From UHGV virus genome UHGV-1738898: a stretch of DNA of 15,174 bases; one strand, 5' to 3'. A model generated the notes under the pieces. It saw only the letters and a list, made by a program, of their open reading frames with translations, was not told where the DNA came from and did not search any database. The number at the start of each line of letters is the position of its first letter. Within the stretch, counting starts at the first letter, position 1. The stretch is from a virus. Made by a program: the position numbers and the translations under genes. Below are positions 14,773 through 15,174 of the stretch, piece by piece.

Positions 14773-15174
14773 AAACGGGGGCCGAAGCCATCCGGGCGCT
14801 GGCCACGCAGCTTCCGTCGTTTCGCCAGAAACTGAATGAGGGCTGGTATCAGGTGCGCATTGCCGGGCGTGATGCAGGCGAAAATGAATTATCAGCCCGT
14901 CTTAATGAACCGCTGGCAAATGGTGCTGTGATCCATATCGTGCCGCGTCTGGCAGGAGCCAAAAGTGGCGGTGTGTTTCAGGCTGTGCTGGGGGCGGCTG
15001 TTATGGCGGTTGCTATATGGATGCCGGGGGTAGGAATTATGGCGAGTAATCTGCTGTTTTCTCTCGGTGCCAGTATGGTGCTCGGTGGTGTGGCGCAGAT
15101 GCTGGCACCGAAAGCCAGAACTCCCCGCACACAGACAACGGATAACGGCAAACAGAACACCTATTTTTCTTCAC
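14670..15174 (+). CDS. I: Tail tip assembly protein gpI, 5' portion (runs past the window end)
   Basis: The ATG at 14670 opens a frame with no stop before the window end. MAATHTLPLASPGMARICLYGDLQRFGRRIDLRVKTGAEAIRALATQLP... matches lambda I. It overlaps the 3' end of K in another frame, as in lambda. Confidence 0.85.
   Translation, partial: MAATHTLPLASPGMARICLYGDLQRFGRRIDLRVKTGAEAIRALATQLPSFRQKLNEGWYQVRIAGRDAGENELSARLNEPLANGAVIHIVPRLAGAKSGGVFQAVLGAAVMAVAIWMPGVGIMASNLLFSLGASMVLGGVAQMLAPKARTPRTQTTDNGKQNTYFSS

Noticed and set aside
1-15174. tRNA, rRNA or tmRNA genes
   Set aside because: No stretch shows the conserved tRNA arm features (for example a GTTC-containing T-loop within a cloverleaf), and no rRNA-like conserved blocks were recognised by eye. 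This cannot be fully excluded without a covariance-model search.

Overview
Composite phage locus, all genes on the + strand, in two parts. (1) From about 3555 to the window end the sequence is collinear with, and at protein level near-identical to, the phage lambda virion operon as I recall it: the 3' half of portal gene B, then C/Nu3, D, E, FI, FII, Z, U, V, G and G-T (conserved -1 slippery site), H, M, L, K and the 5' part of I. (2) The lambda segment cos-Nu1-A-W-B(5') is missing. B is cut at about codon 277 and abuts roughly 3.5 kb of unrelated, visibly more AT-rich DNA. That DNA encodes a divergent gpE-like capsid gene (5'-incomplete or frameshifted), a gpD-like decoration gene, an AlpA-family HTH protein, a lambda-type cos site whose cosN core matches lambda but whose cosB side does not, a Nu1-family small terminase with a divergent N-terminal domain, and a 93-aa basic protein. 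No large terminase gene is present. An approximately 800-bp non-coding stretch follows, containing three 13-bp dyad-symmetric elements phased at 54 bp whose arms covary. The most interesting reading is a cos-packaged, helper-dependent (satellite-like) cassette fused to a packaging-defective lambda-like structural module. This is inference from sequence and remembered lambda sequences; no database search was possible. No rRNA, tRNA, CRISPR array or IS transposase was seen.
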